A DNA stretch of 46,951 nt, the filler included, from Narcine bancroftii (taxonomy: Eukaryota): the NCBI RefSeq assembly GCF_036971445.1. It is 2 parts of 2 records of this genome, joined end to end, with 100 filler letters (N's around TTAATTAATTAA, not from the genome) between each part and the next. Parts side by side here need not be neighbours in the genome. Positions count along the whole stretch, not along the records: positions 27,870 to 46,951 come from NC_091470.1; 1 more part is not named here. One strand, given 5' to 3'. Position 1 is the first letter of the stretch. Every line of letters starts with the position of its first letter. Shown here piece by piece: positions 37,401 through 46,951 of the stretch. The notes beneath the pieces were generated by a model. That model was not told the DNA's origin. It was given only the letters and a program-made list of their open reading frames with translations, and made no database searches. The position numbers and the translations under genes were made by a program.

Positions 37401-37469
37401 CTGTGTGTGGGGGGGGGGGGGGGGGGAGCGAGAGCCGGTCACCGGAGGGGATGGGGTGGAATCCGACCG

Positions 37470-37900
37470 GCACGCCTGCCCCACGTCCCTCCAGACCTGT
37501 CACGTCCACGGATCCAACCTACTCCACGTCCCTCCAGACTCATCCCGTCCATGGATCCATCCCTCCCACCTGCCCCACGCTCCCCCAAACCTGTCCCGTC
37601 CACGGGTCTGTCCCTCTCACCTGCCCCATGTTCCCCAGACATGTCCCGTCCACAGGTCTGTTGCTCTCACCTGCCCGACGACCCTCCAGACCTGTCTCAT
37701 CTATGGGTCCGTCCCTCCCACCTGCCCCACATTCCCCAGACACTTCCTGTCCACGGATCTGTCTCTCACACCTGCCCCACGACCCTCCAGACCTGCCCCA
37801 TCCATGGAACTGTCCCACCCACGTGCCCCCAGACTCATCTCGACCACGGACCTGTCCCACGTCCCTCCAGACCCATCCTGTCCATGGATGCATCCCGCCC
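37470..37900. repeat. C-rich ~50-bp minisatellite (acctgccccacgtccctccagacctgtcccgtccacggat...)
   Basis: Degenerate tandem units in ING4 intron 4. Confidence 0.8.
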
Positions 37901-38040
37901 ATCTGCCCATAGCGTTTCAAATAGAGAGTGGGGGGGGGGGGCAGGAGATAGAGAGTGGGGGGTGGGAGAGAGAGAGATAGAGAAGAGAGGGCGGAGAGAA
38001 GTGGGAGGGGGAGTGAGGGACTGGGGAAGAGGGCACCTAC

Positions 38041-38155
38041 TCTTCTTCCCCTTGCTGGATGTGCTGTCACAGTCACTCGACTCGATGTGCTTCTCCTTGA
38101 GGTCAGCCTCGAACCGAGCAAGGTCTGTGTCCAGCCTCCGGATGTGTTTGTCCAC
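38041..38155 (-). CDS. ING4: ING4 exon 4
   Basis: 115 bp, ag/gt; [38 protein letters not shown]. Confidence 0.95.
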
Positions 38156-38480
38156 CTGTGGGGGTATCAGCCTGGGTGAAGAGCCCCTCCTCGCCTCAAT
38201 CCTGGGGGTCCAAAACCTTCTCCCCTCATTCCCAGGGGTTCAAGACCCTCTCCTCTCCTTCTGGAGGGGGTCTGAGAAAACCCTCCCTTCATTCCCGGGG
38301 GGACCGACACCCCCTCCCCTCATTCCCAGGCAATCAGAACCTTTCCCCTTGATCCTGGGGGCCTGAGACCCTTTCGACCTTACCCTGGGGGTCCGGGACA
38401 CCCTCCCCTCATTCCCAGGGGTGGAAGTGGGGAACCTGGCACCATTCCCCATCCTCCACAAAGGTTCTGGGGGCACCCAC

Positions 38481-38647
38481 CATCTCATATGTCTGCATGG
38501 CCAGCTGCACCTTGTCGTCGCCGAACTCCTTGCACTTGCCATAGGCCCCCTGGATCCGCTGGAGCAGCTGCAGCCTCCGCTCGGGGCCCAACGTCCGCGA
38601 CCGGTTCATGTACTCGCCCGCCAGCTCATCGATCTCTGCCTTCAGGT
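38481..38647 (-). CDS. ING4: ING4 exon 3
   Basis: 167 bp, ag/gt; (D)[55 protein letters not shown]. Confidence 0.96.
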
Positions 38648-38809
38648 CTGTTGTGGTGGGGGGGGGGGGGGGAGAGGGGGGGAGGGGGGAGATGGAAAGA
38701 AAGATAATTTTCAGCCCCGACATGGTGAATTCATCTTCTTTAGATGCTCGTCATTCATTTTTCAATTCAGATTCTACATCCTGTAAGTTTGACGTCGGTG
38801 GTAGGTAAA

Positions 38810-40560
38810 TTAATGGAAAGTGTTCTTGGAGATAGTACCTGGAGAGACAGGGTCTGATCAGGAATACTCAACATGGATTTGTGCGTGGAAGGTCACGGTT
38901 GACCAATCTTGTTGGATTTTTTTTGGAAGTGGGGAGCAGGAATGTTGATGAGAATAGAGCAGTGGATGCTGTCTATATGGACTTCAATAAGGTCCCACAT
39001 GGAAGGTTAGTTAGGAAGGTGACAGATTATAGACATGTTTTTGGGAGATAAATTGGGGCAGGCTTTTTAAGTGTAGGTCACATACCAACACTTTAAAATA
39101 CCGGACTTCTGCTCATGCCAGTCATCTGGGTGCCAAGAGCCTTTGCAAAAGCTTTGGAGAGTGTCCAAGAGATGTCACTGATGGATTGTCATTTGCAAAA
39201 AGGCAACAGATGAAAGAACTCATTGGAGCTGCAGGCTGTCTGGAGGGGAACTTGCTGGTCTAAGAGGGTCATGTGATTTTACAAGCCAAGAGAGAGTAAA
39301 ACAGGCTTTCTCTCTGAGAGAGAGGATTGAGTTCTGCAGTGCTACAGTCAGCAGCTGGGACTGGAACAGGGCAAGCTTGCAAAAAAACCCCACTTGGAAG
39401 ACGGGTTGTGAGTGCTTAGTTCAGCCTTGTGGTCCACATAAGAGGAGAGGACTGGCTGCCTAATGTTTAACTTGGAACAAAAAGGAATTCTGTGGTGACC
39501 TGATGTGGCAGGTTTCTTCGGCGAGATGCTGACGAGGCTGATTACAAGGAATCAGTGGTGGCATCCAGCGAACAATAAGTCCCTCTTTGAAAACCAACAA
39601 GAGCCTTCCTGAGTGGTAACCATTAATCATTCACCAAAGCCTGGTGAACTTTATAAATGTTAAATTCTGCACACAGTCTTGAGAATTGCCTGCAACCAGT
39701 GAAGGAGGAGTGAGATTGGACTGTGAACCAAAGAACTCTTCTGAACTTACACATACATCATACACATGCGCTTAGAACTAGAAAGGGGTTAAGTTAGTTA
39801 AAGTGTGATTCTGTTTTCATGCTTAAAGATAATTAAAAGCAACTTTTGTTTAAGTAACCCTTTGCTCAGTGAATATCCTTTGCTGCTTGGTTTTGGGGTC
39901 CTCTGGACTCATAACAATACATTAATGATGGGGGGGGGAGAGGAATGGATCAGTAAGTGTGTGGATGATACTGAGGTCGCAGACAGTGAGGGAGATTTGC
40001 AACGATTGCGGGACAGATCGGAAGGGGACGGCATTTCATGCTGAGACATGCTTCAGTTTGGAAGGACCCGGGAGGGCATCAGGGAGCAGAGCCATGGTGC
40101 ATCTTTTCCCTGAAGGCAGGGTCTCAGTGCGGTGAAGAGGGCCTTTGGGATGCTGGGCTTTATTGATCGAAGCCGGGAGATAACAGCAAGACCGCTTGAG
40201 GCATTTGTGAGGCCAAATTTGCTGCAGAGCGCGTAGATCTGGGTCACTGAATTACAGGAAGGAGGATCAAAAAGGTGGGGAGAGTGCAGAGAAGATTGAC
40301 CTCGATTTCAGCGTCTAGATTACATTGAGCAGATTAGGTGCGTAGAAGGTTGAGGGGAGGTATTAAGAGGGGGAGAGGTGGGTAGAGTTGACATGGAGAG
40401 GCTTTGTCAAGTGAGAGGAGGAGAGACTGAAACAGTTAAGGGGCAAAAGTTTAGAAGGAACACGGGGGGGGGGGGGAAGGTGGAACGTCTTTTCTCGGTG
40501 AAGGGGATGAGCTTCCGGGAGAGGAGGTGGCGGCCACATCCATTTGGCCACCTTGGGAGA
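38810..40560 (+). mobile_element. Degraded CR1 LINE fragment interrupted by an LTR-like insert
   Basis: QHGFVRGRSRLTNL, DAVYMDF.KVPHGRLV before 39018; YIND...WISKCVDDT after 39917. Confidence 0.75.
39019..39916 (+). mobile_element. Probable long solo LTR, left end clipped
   Basis: ~900-bp non-coding block (t)GTGACAG...CATAACA separating two CR1 RT segments. Confidence 0.6.
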
Positions 40561-41689
40561 AACTGGGGCGGTCCGTGGATGGGAGGGGGAAAGGAGAGCT
40601 TTCACGACCCGCAGCGGGACTTCGACGGGGACTTCGTAAAGTCCGCTCTCCACCAGACTGGATCCGGGCCTTGTTGCTCTGAGAAGGGGTTGCGGGCTCA
40701 TAGGGACACCATGGGGAGGCAAGGAAATAAATCCGCAGGTCTGGAAAGGTTATATTTGATATGTTTTAAAAGGGGATGGATTGTGGCGGTTTCTTTTAAA
40801 ATCATTCACGTCAGCAACAAATCAAAGCGGAAAAATCAAAGAGGCAATTGTCTGGAAAACCCCTGATTTTGGGGTGGGGGAGAGACACCGGTGTGGCCGA
40901 TGGGGTGGAAACATTGAATTGAATTGTATGAAACAGAAGGGATTATGAGCAAGATTTCACGTAAAAAACCATGACATCAAAAAGAGCTTCTTTTTACTCT
41001 TCATCATTAATTCTTAATGATAAGGAGTCAAATGGGGCTCTGAATGGTAGAAGATGCTTCCAAAGCTCATTATTTCCTTTCGACGAACGAAAGAGAAATA
41101 TAATGTCTCAAATAATACTCTTTTAGTTTTGCTTATTATTAAGTGAAAACTTTTATTGAATTCTGGAACAGATTATGATCGTGAAAGTCCAGAAGAGGTT
41201 CACAGTCCAATCTCACTCACGCGCAGGCCGATTCCCTCCCGATTGGCCACTCAAGGGTCTTGCCGGGTTTTTTTCCCCGGAACGGCGACCTTTTTCTTCC
41301 AGGTCATCACCGAGGGGGGTGGTGGTTCTGAGCTCAGAACTTGTCTTCCAAAAATCGGGTTTACAGCCAAGCTTCCAGAGAGACCACTGCAGGCGATAGG
41401 TTGCGGCTCCAGACCCCGATACTCTGTTGCTTTCCAAAACCACCATCCATTTACTCCACAGTGTGTCCGATTAACACCAACCTTTAGGCGTTCTTCAAAG
41501 TTCCGGAGTGTCTGGCTTGAGCAGAGCTCTGGCATTTTAAAATGAGGTTTGTTTTGAAGTGTTGGTATCCCTGACTAATCACAGAGCCCTGAGGGCAGAG
41601 GGATGACTTAAAGTGGCGTGTGAGTGGAAAGGAAGATGGTTGAGAAGCACCAGGTTAAAACAGTGGTTCTAGACCATTTTCTTTCCACT

Positions 41690-41960
41690 AACGATCGACG
41701 GGGCGGGATTGTGTTGACGATCGACGGGGTGGGATCAGGAGACATTGATAATTGACGGTGCAGGTTCAGGGGGGGTAGTGACGATCGACGGTGTGGGATC
41801 GGGGGGTGGTGACAATTGATGGTGTAGGATCGGGCAGTGTTGACGATCGACGGTGCGGGATCGGGGAGTGTTGATGATTGACGGTGTGGGATCAGGAGGT
41901 GGCGATGATCGACAGTGTGGGATCGGGGGGTGGTGACAATTGACAGTGTAGGATCGGGTG
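41690..41960. repeat. ~30-bp CpG-containing minisatellite (gacgatcgacggtgtgggatcggggggtggt)
   Basis: About 9 degenerate tandem units. Confidence 0.85.
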
Positions 41961-42200
41961 AGGGGATGAATGGTCTGCTGGGTGTGGTATGGAGGGTCTC
42001 GGACTCCCCAGTATTGAAGGGAGAGAGTCTCGGAACCTGTGAGATAGAGCGGGGAAGAGTGTCGGTCCTTTGGATTGAGGAGGGTAATGGACTCTCAGGA
42101 TTGAGGGGGAAAGGGGGGATATTATGGGGGGCGAGTGAAGATGACAGTGTGGGGGAAGGGGAGACATGGGGAGGATGGGGTTTTGGGGGGCAGTCCTCAC

Positions 42201-42272
42201 CTTCCGTTCTTTGATCTAAGTCCCGCATCAGTTGGAAGTTCCGCTGTAGCTCAAAGGGAAGGTTCTCAATAC
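42201..42272 (-). CDS. ING4: ING4 exon 2
   Basis: 72 bp, ag/gt; (S)[23 protein letters not shown]. Confidence 0.96.
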
Positions 42273-42574
42273 CTAGGGGATTGGGAGAAGGAGGAGTGAC
42301 AGGAGTGAGTGAGTGGGGGCTGATACAGAGAGAAGCTCATGTCTCGGTTCCACTTTCCTACTCCTCCCCTCACAATTCCCAGTCCAGGCTCTTCTGCCCT
42401 TCTCTCTGTGATCTCCCATCCGCCCTGCCATGGTCTCGTCTCATCCCCACCAACCCAAGTAACGATCGGCCTCTGTGACGGGGTTGACGGGGTGGGCGGG
42501 AATGCCCCCCTCTATAAAATCTCCAACCTCCCCTTTAACTGCTTCCCTCCCCTTTAATACTCTCTCACCTCCAC

Positions 42575-43838
42575 CCTGGCCCTAGTTGAGGCTGTATTTG
42601 CCTCCTGCCCCTATTTGAGGCTGTATTTGATCCCTGCCCCTATTTTAGCCTGTATTTTCCACCCACCCCTACTTGAGACCATATTTGCTCCCTCTGCCCC
42701 TATTTGACCCTGTATTTTCCCCCCTGCTCCTATCAGAGGCCATATTTGCCCCCATCCCTATTTGAGGCACTATTTGGCCCCCTTCCCCTATTTGCCCTTG
42801 CCCCTATTTCAGCCTGTATTTTCCCCCTGCCCCTATTTGAGGCCATATTTGCCCCTGTCCCTATTTGCCCCTGCCCCTTCCCATTTACTCCCCCTCTATA
42901 AAATCTCCAACCTCCCCTTTAAAATCTCACCCCCTCCCCTTTAATACCCACTCGCCTCCACCCCACCCATAGTTGAGGATGTATTTGCCCCCCTGCTCCT
43001 ATTTGAGGCTATATTTGCCCCCTCTTCCCCTATTTGAGCCTGTATTTGCCCCCCCTGCTCCTATTTGAGGCCATATTTTCCCCCTTCCCCTATTTGAGCC
43101 TGTTTTTGCCCCTGCTATTTGGCTTGTATTTGCCCCCTGCCCCTATTTGATGCCCTATTTACCCCCTGCCCCTATATAAGCCTGCATTTGCCCCCTGCGC
43201 CATTTGAGCTTGTATTTGCATCCCTACCCCTATTTGAAGCCATATTTGCCCCCCATACCCCAATTTGAGGCGTAATTGTCCCTTGCCCTATTTGAGGCCA
43301 TATTTACCCCCTGCCCCTTTGAGCCTGTATTTGCTTCCCTGCCCCTATTTGAGGCCTTATTTGCACCCCCCACCCTTATTTGAGCTTGTATTTACACCCC
43401 CTGTCTTTATTTGAGGCCTTATTTGCCCTACTGCCTTTATTTGAGCCTGTATTTGTCCCCTATCCCTATTTGTGGCACTATTTGTCCCCTGCCCCTATTT
43501 GCCACACTGCCCAAATTTGAGGTGTAATTGCCCCTGCCCCAATTTGAGGCGTAATTGCCCCCTGCCCCTATTTGAGACCATATTTACCCCCTGGCCCCTA
43601 TTTGAGACCATATTTACCCCCTGCTCCTCTTTGAGCTTGTATTTGCCCCCCTGCACTTATTTGAGGCCTTATTTGCCCTTGCCCCTCTTTGAGCCTGAAT
43701 TTGACCCCCTGCCCCTATTTGAGCCTTTATTTGCCCTCTGCCCCTATTTGAACCTCTATTTGCCCCCTGCCCCTATATGAGCCTGTATTTGCCCTTCTCC
43801 TATTTGAGGCCTTATTTGCCCCCATTTGAGGCCGTATT
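42575..43838. repeat. ~30-bp minisatellite (tgcccctatttgaggccatatttgccccc) filling most of ING4 intron 1
   Basis: Dozens of degenerate units running almost to the exon 1 donor. Confidence 0.9.
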
Positions 43839-43844
43839 ACTCAC

Positions 43845-43881
43845 TATCCAGATAATGCTCCAGGTACATCCCCGCCGCCAT
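43845..43881 (-). CDS. ING4: ING4 exon 1 (coding part)
   Basis: caagATGG Kozak context, MAAGMYLEHYLD, donor gtgagt; the eight exons total 747 nt = 248 aa + stop. Confidence 0.96.
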
Positions 43882-44165
43882 CTTGCCTCCGGTTGTCAGG
43901 GAGACCCTCCTTCCCGGCGCCGGAAGTTTCCCCAAGACTGGCAGCATCCACTGCCGTCATCTTTGAGGCTGGCGGGGGTCCGGACGGCGCCTGCGCAGCG
44001 GAACCCCTTCGCAGATCGTTCGCACACCACCACAATGCGGATGTTCACGGCCGCCGTGCGTCTCTTCCGCATGCGCACTGCCGGTCTCCTAAAAAAGGGG
44101 GGCGGGGTCGATTCGGGAGGCGATGACCCTTTGGCCCCCACGGTGTGTGATTGGAACCCCGGTTA
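43870..44165 (-). promoter_or_regulatory. ING4 CpG-island promoter / 5' UTR
   Basis: CpG-dense; YY1-like CAAGATGGCGGC over the ATG, ETS CCGGAAGT 43920, NRF1-like GCATGCGCA 44069, GC box 44097, CCAAT (minus strand) 44150. Confidence 0.75.
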
Positions 44166-44214
44166 AAGTTCCCACCATCAATATGGTCCTTCACTCCTCC
44201 CTCTTCCCCAGTCC

Positions 44215-44713
44215 GTCTCCCCCTCCCTTTCTCCCCCTCCCTTTCTCCCCCTCCCTTTCTCCCCCTCCCTTTCTCCCCCTCCCTTTCTCCCCCTCCCTTT
44301 CTCCCCCTCCCTTTCTCCCCCTCCCTTTCTCCCCCTCCCTTTCTCCCCCTCCCTTTCTCCCCCTCCCTTTCTCCCCCTCCTTTCTCCCCCTCCCTTTCTC
44401 CCCCTCCCTTTCTCCCCCTCCCTTTCTCCCCCTCCCTTTCTCCCCCTCCCTTTCTCCCCCTCCCTTTCTCCCCCTCCCTTTCTCCCCCTCCCTTTCTCCC
44501 CCTCCCTTTCTCCCCTCCCTTTCTCCCCCTCCCTTTCTCCCCCTCCCTTTCTCCCCCTCCCTTTCTCCCCCTCCCTTTCTCCCCCTCCCTTTCTCCCCCT
44601 CCCTTTCTCCCCCTCCCTTTCTCCCCCTCCCTTTCTCCCCCTCCCTTTCTCCCCCTCCCTTTCTCCCCCTCCCTTTCTCCCCCTCCCTTTCTCCCCCCTC
44701 CCTTTCTCCCCCT
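44215..44713. repeat. 14-bp homopyrimidine tandem repeat (ctccctttctcccc)n
   Basis: Near-perfect array. Confidence 0.95.
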
Positions 44714-44749
44714 CGCTCCGTCTCATTCCCTACTTCTCCCCTCCCTCAG

Positions 44750-45088
44750 TCTCACCCCATCCCTCTACCTCTCACTCCCCATCCCTCTACCTCTCACTCC
44801 CCATCCCTCTACCTCTCACTCCCCATCCCTCTACCTCTCACTCCCCATCCCTCTACCTCTCACTCCCCATCCCTCTACCTCTCACTCCCCATCCCTCTAC
44901 CTCTCACTCCCCATCCCTCTACCTCTCACTCCCCATCCCTCTACCTCTCACTCCCCATCCCTCTACCTCTCACTCCCCATCCCTCTACTCTCACTCCCCA
45001 TCCCTCTACCTCTCACTCCCCATCCCTCTACCTCTCACTCCCCATCCCTCTACCTCTCACTCCCCATCCCTCTACCTCTCACTCCCCT
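44750..45088. repeat. 22-bp tandem repeat (ccccatccctctacctctcact)n
   Basis: Near-perfect array. Confidence 0.95.
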
Positions 45089-45094
45089 CTTCAG

Positions 45095-46040
45095 CTTGTC
45101 CCGAACACTCTGCATGAAGAGGTTCCCCTTAAATTTCTCCCCTTTCACCCTGAACCCGTGTCCTTTAGTTTGTATCTCACCCGCACCGCCCCCCCCCCCC
45201 ACCCCGTGGGGAAAAAGCTGCCAACATTGACTCTGTCTGTCCCCTCGTCATTTAAAATATCAACCTCCCCTCGGTCTTCTACGCTCCAGGGGATAAAGTC
45301 CCAAATTTGTTGAACCTTTCCCTGTAACAAATTCACTGACATCTGGGCAAATCCCAGTAAATCTTCAGGAGGTAAAGTACCGAACCTGTTGAACCTTTCC
45401 CTGTAACTCAGTCCCTGACGTCCGGGCAACATCCACGTAAATCTTCTCTGCCCTCTTTCTGTCTGATTGAGATCTGTCCTGTCATTCGGTGACCAAAACT
45501 GCACCCAATGCTCCAAATTTGGTCTCTTGTACAACTTCACCAGAACATCCTGGACTTGATGCTCTGATTTATGAGGCCAACATGCCAAAAGCTCTCTCCA
45601 CAACCCTGTCCCCATGATGCCACTTTCCGGAAACGACATCTCTGCATTTTCCCGGATCCCCTTTATCCCACCGCCCTCCTCAGGGCCTGAACGTCCACCG
45701 CTGTCTGTCCAGCGCCTCACCCTACTCTGCGTGAAACCCCATCAACCGCCTTCCAGCCCAGCTGGTCCAGATTCCCCCACCGCGAGCTTCAAAATACCCG
45801 TCTCCCTTTGCCGTCCACGATGCCACCCGCCCCACCCCCCCCCCATCTTAGGGTCGTTTGTAAACTTGTTGATCCAATTGACCCCATTAGAGTCCAGGTC
45901 GTCCCAGCGCTCAGACACACTCCCACACTCTTTGTCCCATCCTTCTCCAACCTCTTCCTTCCAGCCCCTCACACCACTCCTCTCCCCTCAACCCACATCC
46001 ATTCCCCCGTCCCCTCAATCCCCACTTCAGCACATACCAT
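45095..46040 (-). mobile_element. Degraded CR1 LINE 3' fragment
   Basis: DDLD..WINKFTNDPKMGG; LYKRPNLEHWVQFWSP..ERGQRRFTWMLPG..LSYRER. Confidence 0.75.
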
Positions 46041-46082
46041 GGAGAGACAACAGCATGAGGTGAGGTGGGAAGATTTGTACAA

Positions 46083-46307
46083 TTTATTTCACGGGGGGGG
46101 GGGTAAGGGGAGGGGTCTTCAACAGACCCTCACACCTCCCACCCACCTGCTCGAGGGGACGAGATGCCTGGCCATCACCTCCTGAGGGGGAGATGGAGGG
46201 CGGGAGGCGTTCGGGAACCGGGCCACTCCAGTAGACAGGCCATGGGGCAGGGGAGGGGGGTTGGAGTCGATGATCATTTTCTCTTCTGGCTCTGAAGCAC
46301 AGCGTCA
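46083..46307 (-). CDS. Candidate terminal exon of an unidentified upstream gene
   Basis: Polypyrimidine tract + cag acceptor at 46308-46310, open frame to TAA at 46084-46086, AATAAA at 46083-46088; no homology recognised. Confidence 0.35.
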
Positions 46308-46394
46308 CTGCGGAAGGGAGAGAGAGTGATGAGAGACGTGGAGGGAAAGGGGGGAGAAGGGAGAGAGTGGGGGAGAGAGATGGGGAAGGAAAAG

Positions 46395-46773
46395 AGGGGG
46401 GGCGGGGGGAGAGGGGGGGGCGGGGGAGAGAGAGGGGGGGCGGGGGAGAGAGGGGGGGCGGGGGAGAGAGGGGGGGCGGGGGAGAGAGGGGGGGCGGGGG
46501 AGAGAGGGGGGGCGGGGGAGAGAGGGGGGGCGGGGGAGAGAGGGGGGGCGGGGGAGAGAGGGGGGGGCGGGGGAGAGAGGGGGGGCGGGGGAGAGAGGGG
46601 GGGCGGGGGAGAGAGGGGGGGCGGGGGAGAGAGGGGGGGCGGGGGGAGAGAGGGGGGGCGGGGGAGAGAGGGGGGGCGGGGGAGAGAGAGAGGGGGCGGG
46701 GGAGAGAGAGAGGGGGCGGGGGAGAGAGAGAGGGGGCGGGGGAGAGAGAGAGGGGGGCGGGGAGAGAGAGAGA
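46395..46773. repeat. G-rich ~18-bp tandem repeat (gggggggcgggggagaga)n next to an assembly gap
   Basis: Array runs into Ns and resumes after them. Confidence 0.95.
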
Positions 46774-46932
46774 NNNNNNNNNNNNNNNNNNNNNNNNNNN
46801 NNNNNNNNNNNNNNNNNNNNNNNNNNNNNNNNNNNNNNNNNNNNNNNNNNNNNNNNNNNNNNNNNNNNNNNNNNNNNNNNNNNNNNNNNNNNNNNNNNNN
46901 NNNNNNNNNNNNNNNNNNNNNNNNNNNNNNNN
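46774..46932. other. Assembly gap (N run)
   Basis: Uninterrupted Ns. Confidence 0.99.
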
Positions 46933-46951
46933 GGGAGAGAGAGAGGGGGGG

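Noticed and set aside
35991-38366. Long ORFs (386, 418, 275, 228 aa) over ING4 introns
   Set aside because: They arise from stop-poor minisatellites; only the embedded ING4 exons are real
40700-41583. Possible L1 fragment plus reverse-oriented solo LTR in ING4 intron 2
   Set aside because: Only weak motif resemblance; no TSD or firm boundaries found
41690-43838. ~30-bp repeat arrays that might suggest CRISPR
   Set aside because: Head-to-tail degenerate units without unique spacers, no cas genes, vertebrate intron context
35088-43881. ING5 as the gene identity
   Set aside because: [31 protein letters not shown] and KPRGKW match ING4
15011-43881. ING4 nested in a utrophin intron or an ING4-UTRN read-through
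   Set aside because: The two are separated by an artificial linker; adjacency is unsupported
44123-45313. 396-aa and 359-aa Pro/Ser/Leu-rich ORFs
   Set aside because: Translations of the 14-bp and 22-bp tandem repeats

Overview
Eukaryotic (vertebrate, probably cartilaginous fish judging from the repeat families; this is an inference) genomic DNA made of two parts joined by an artificial-looking 100-bp spacer (N44-TTAATTAATTAA-N44, 27770-27869). Left part (1-27769, AT-rich): six consecutive minus-strand utrophin coding exons (CH1 end, CH2, hinge 1, spectrin repeat 1). The introns contain two decayed Ty3/Gypsy elements with CsRn1-clade hallmarks (tRNA-Trp PBS, CHCC Gag motif, 4-bp TSD), L1 and CR1 fragments, a Harbinger-like MITE, and a nested stack: POGK-like pogo transposon < solo LTR and L1 < solo LTR. 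Right part (27870-46951, more GC-rich, minisatellite-rich): a defective class I endogenous retrovirus with an ERV3/HERV-I-like env, whose gag is cut by an antisense L1 5' end. It is followed by a complete 8-exon ING4 gene (minus strand, 248 aa) with a CpG-island promoter, a related solo LTR in its last intron, and a candidate terminal exon of an unidentified upstream gene. I found no convincing new biological system. The best leads are the HERV-I/ERV3-like provirus and the CsRn1-like elements.
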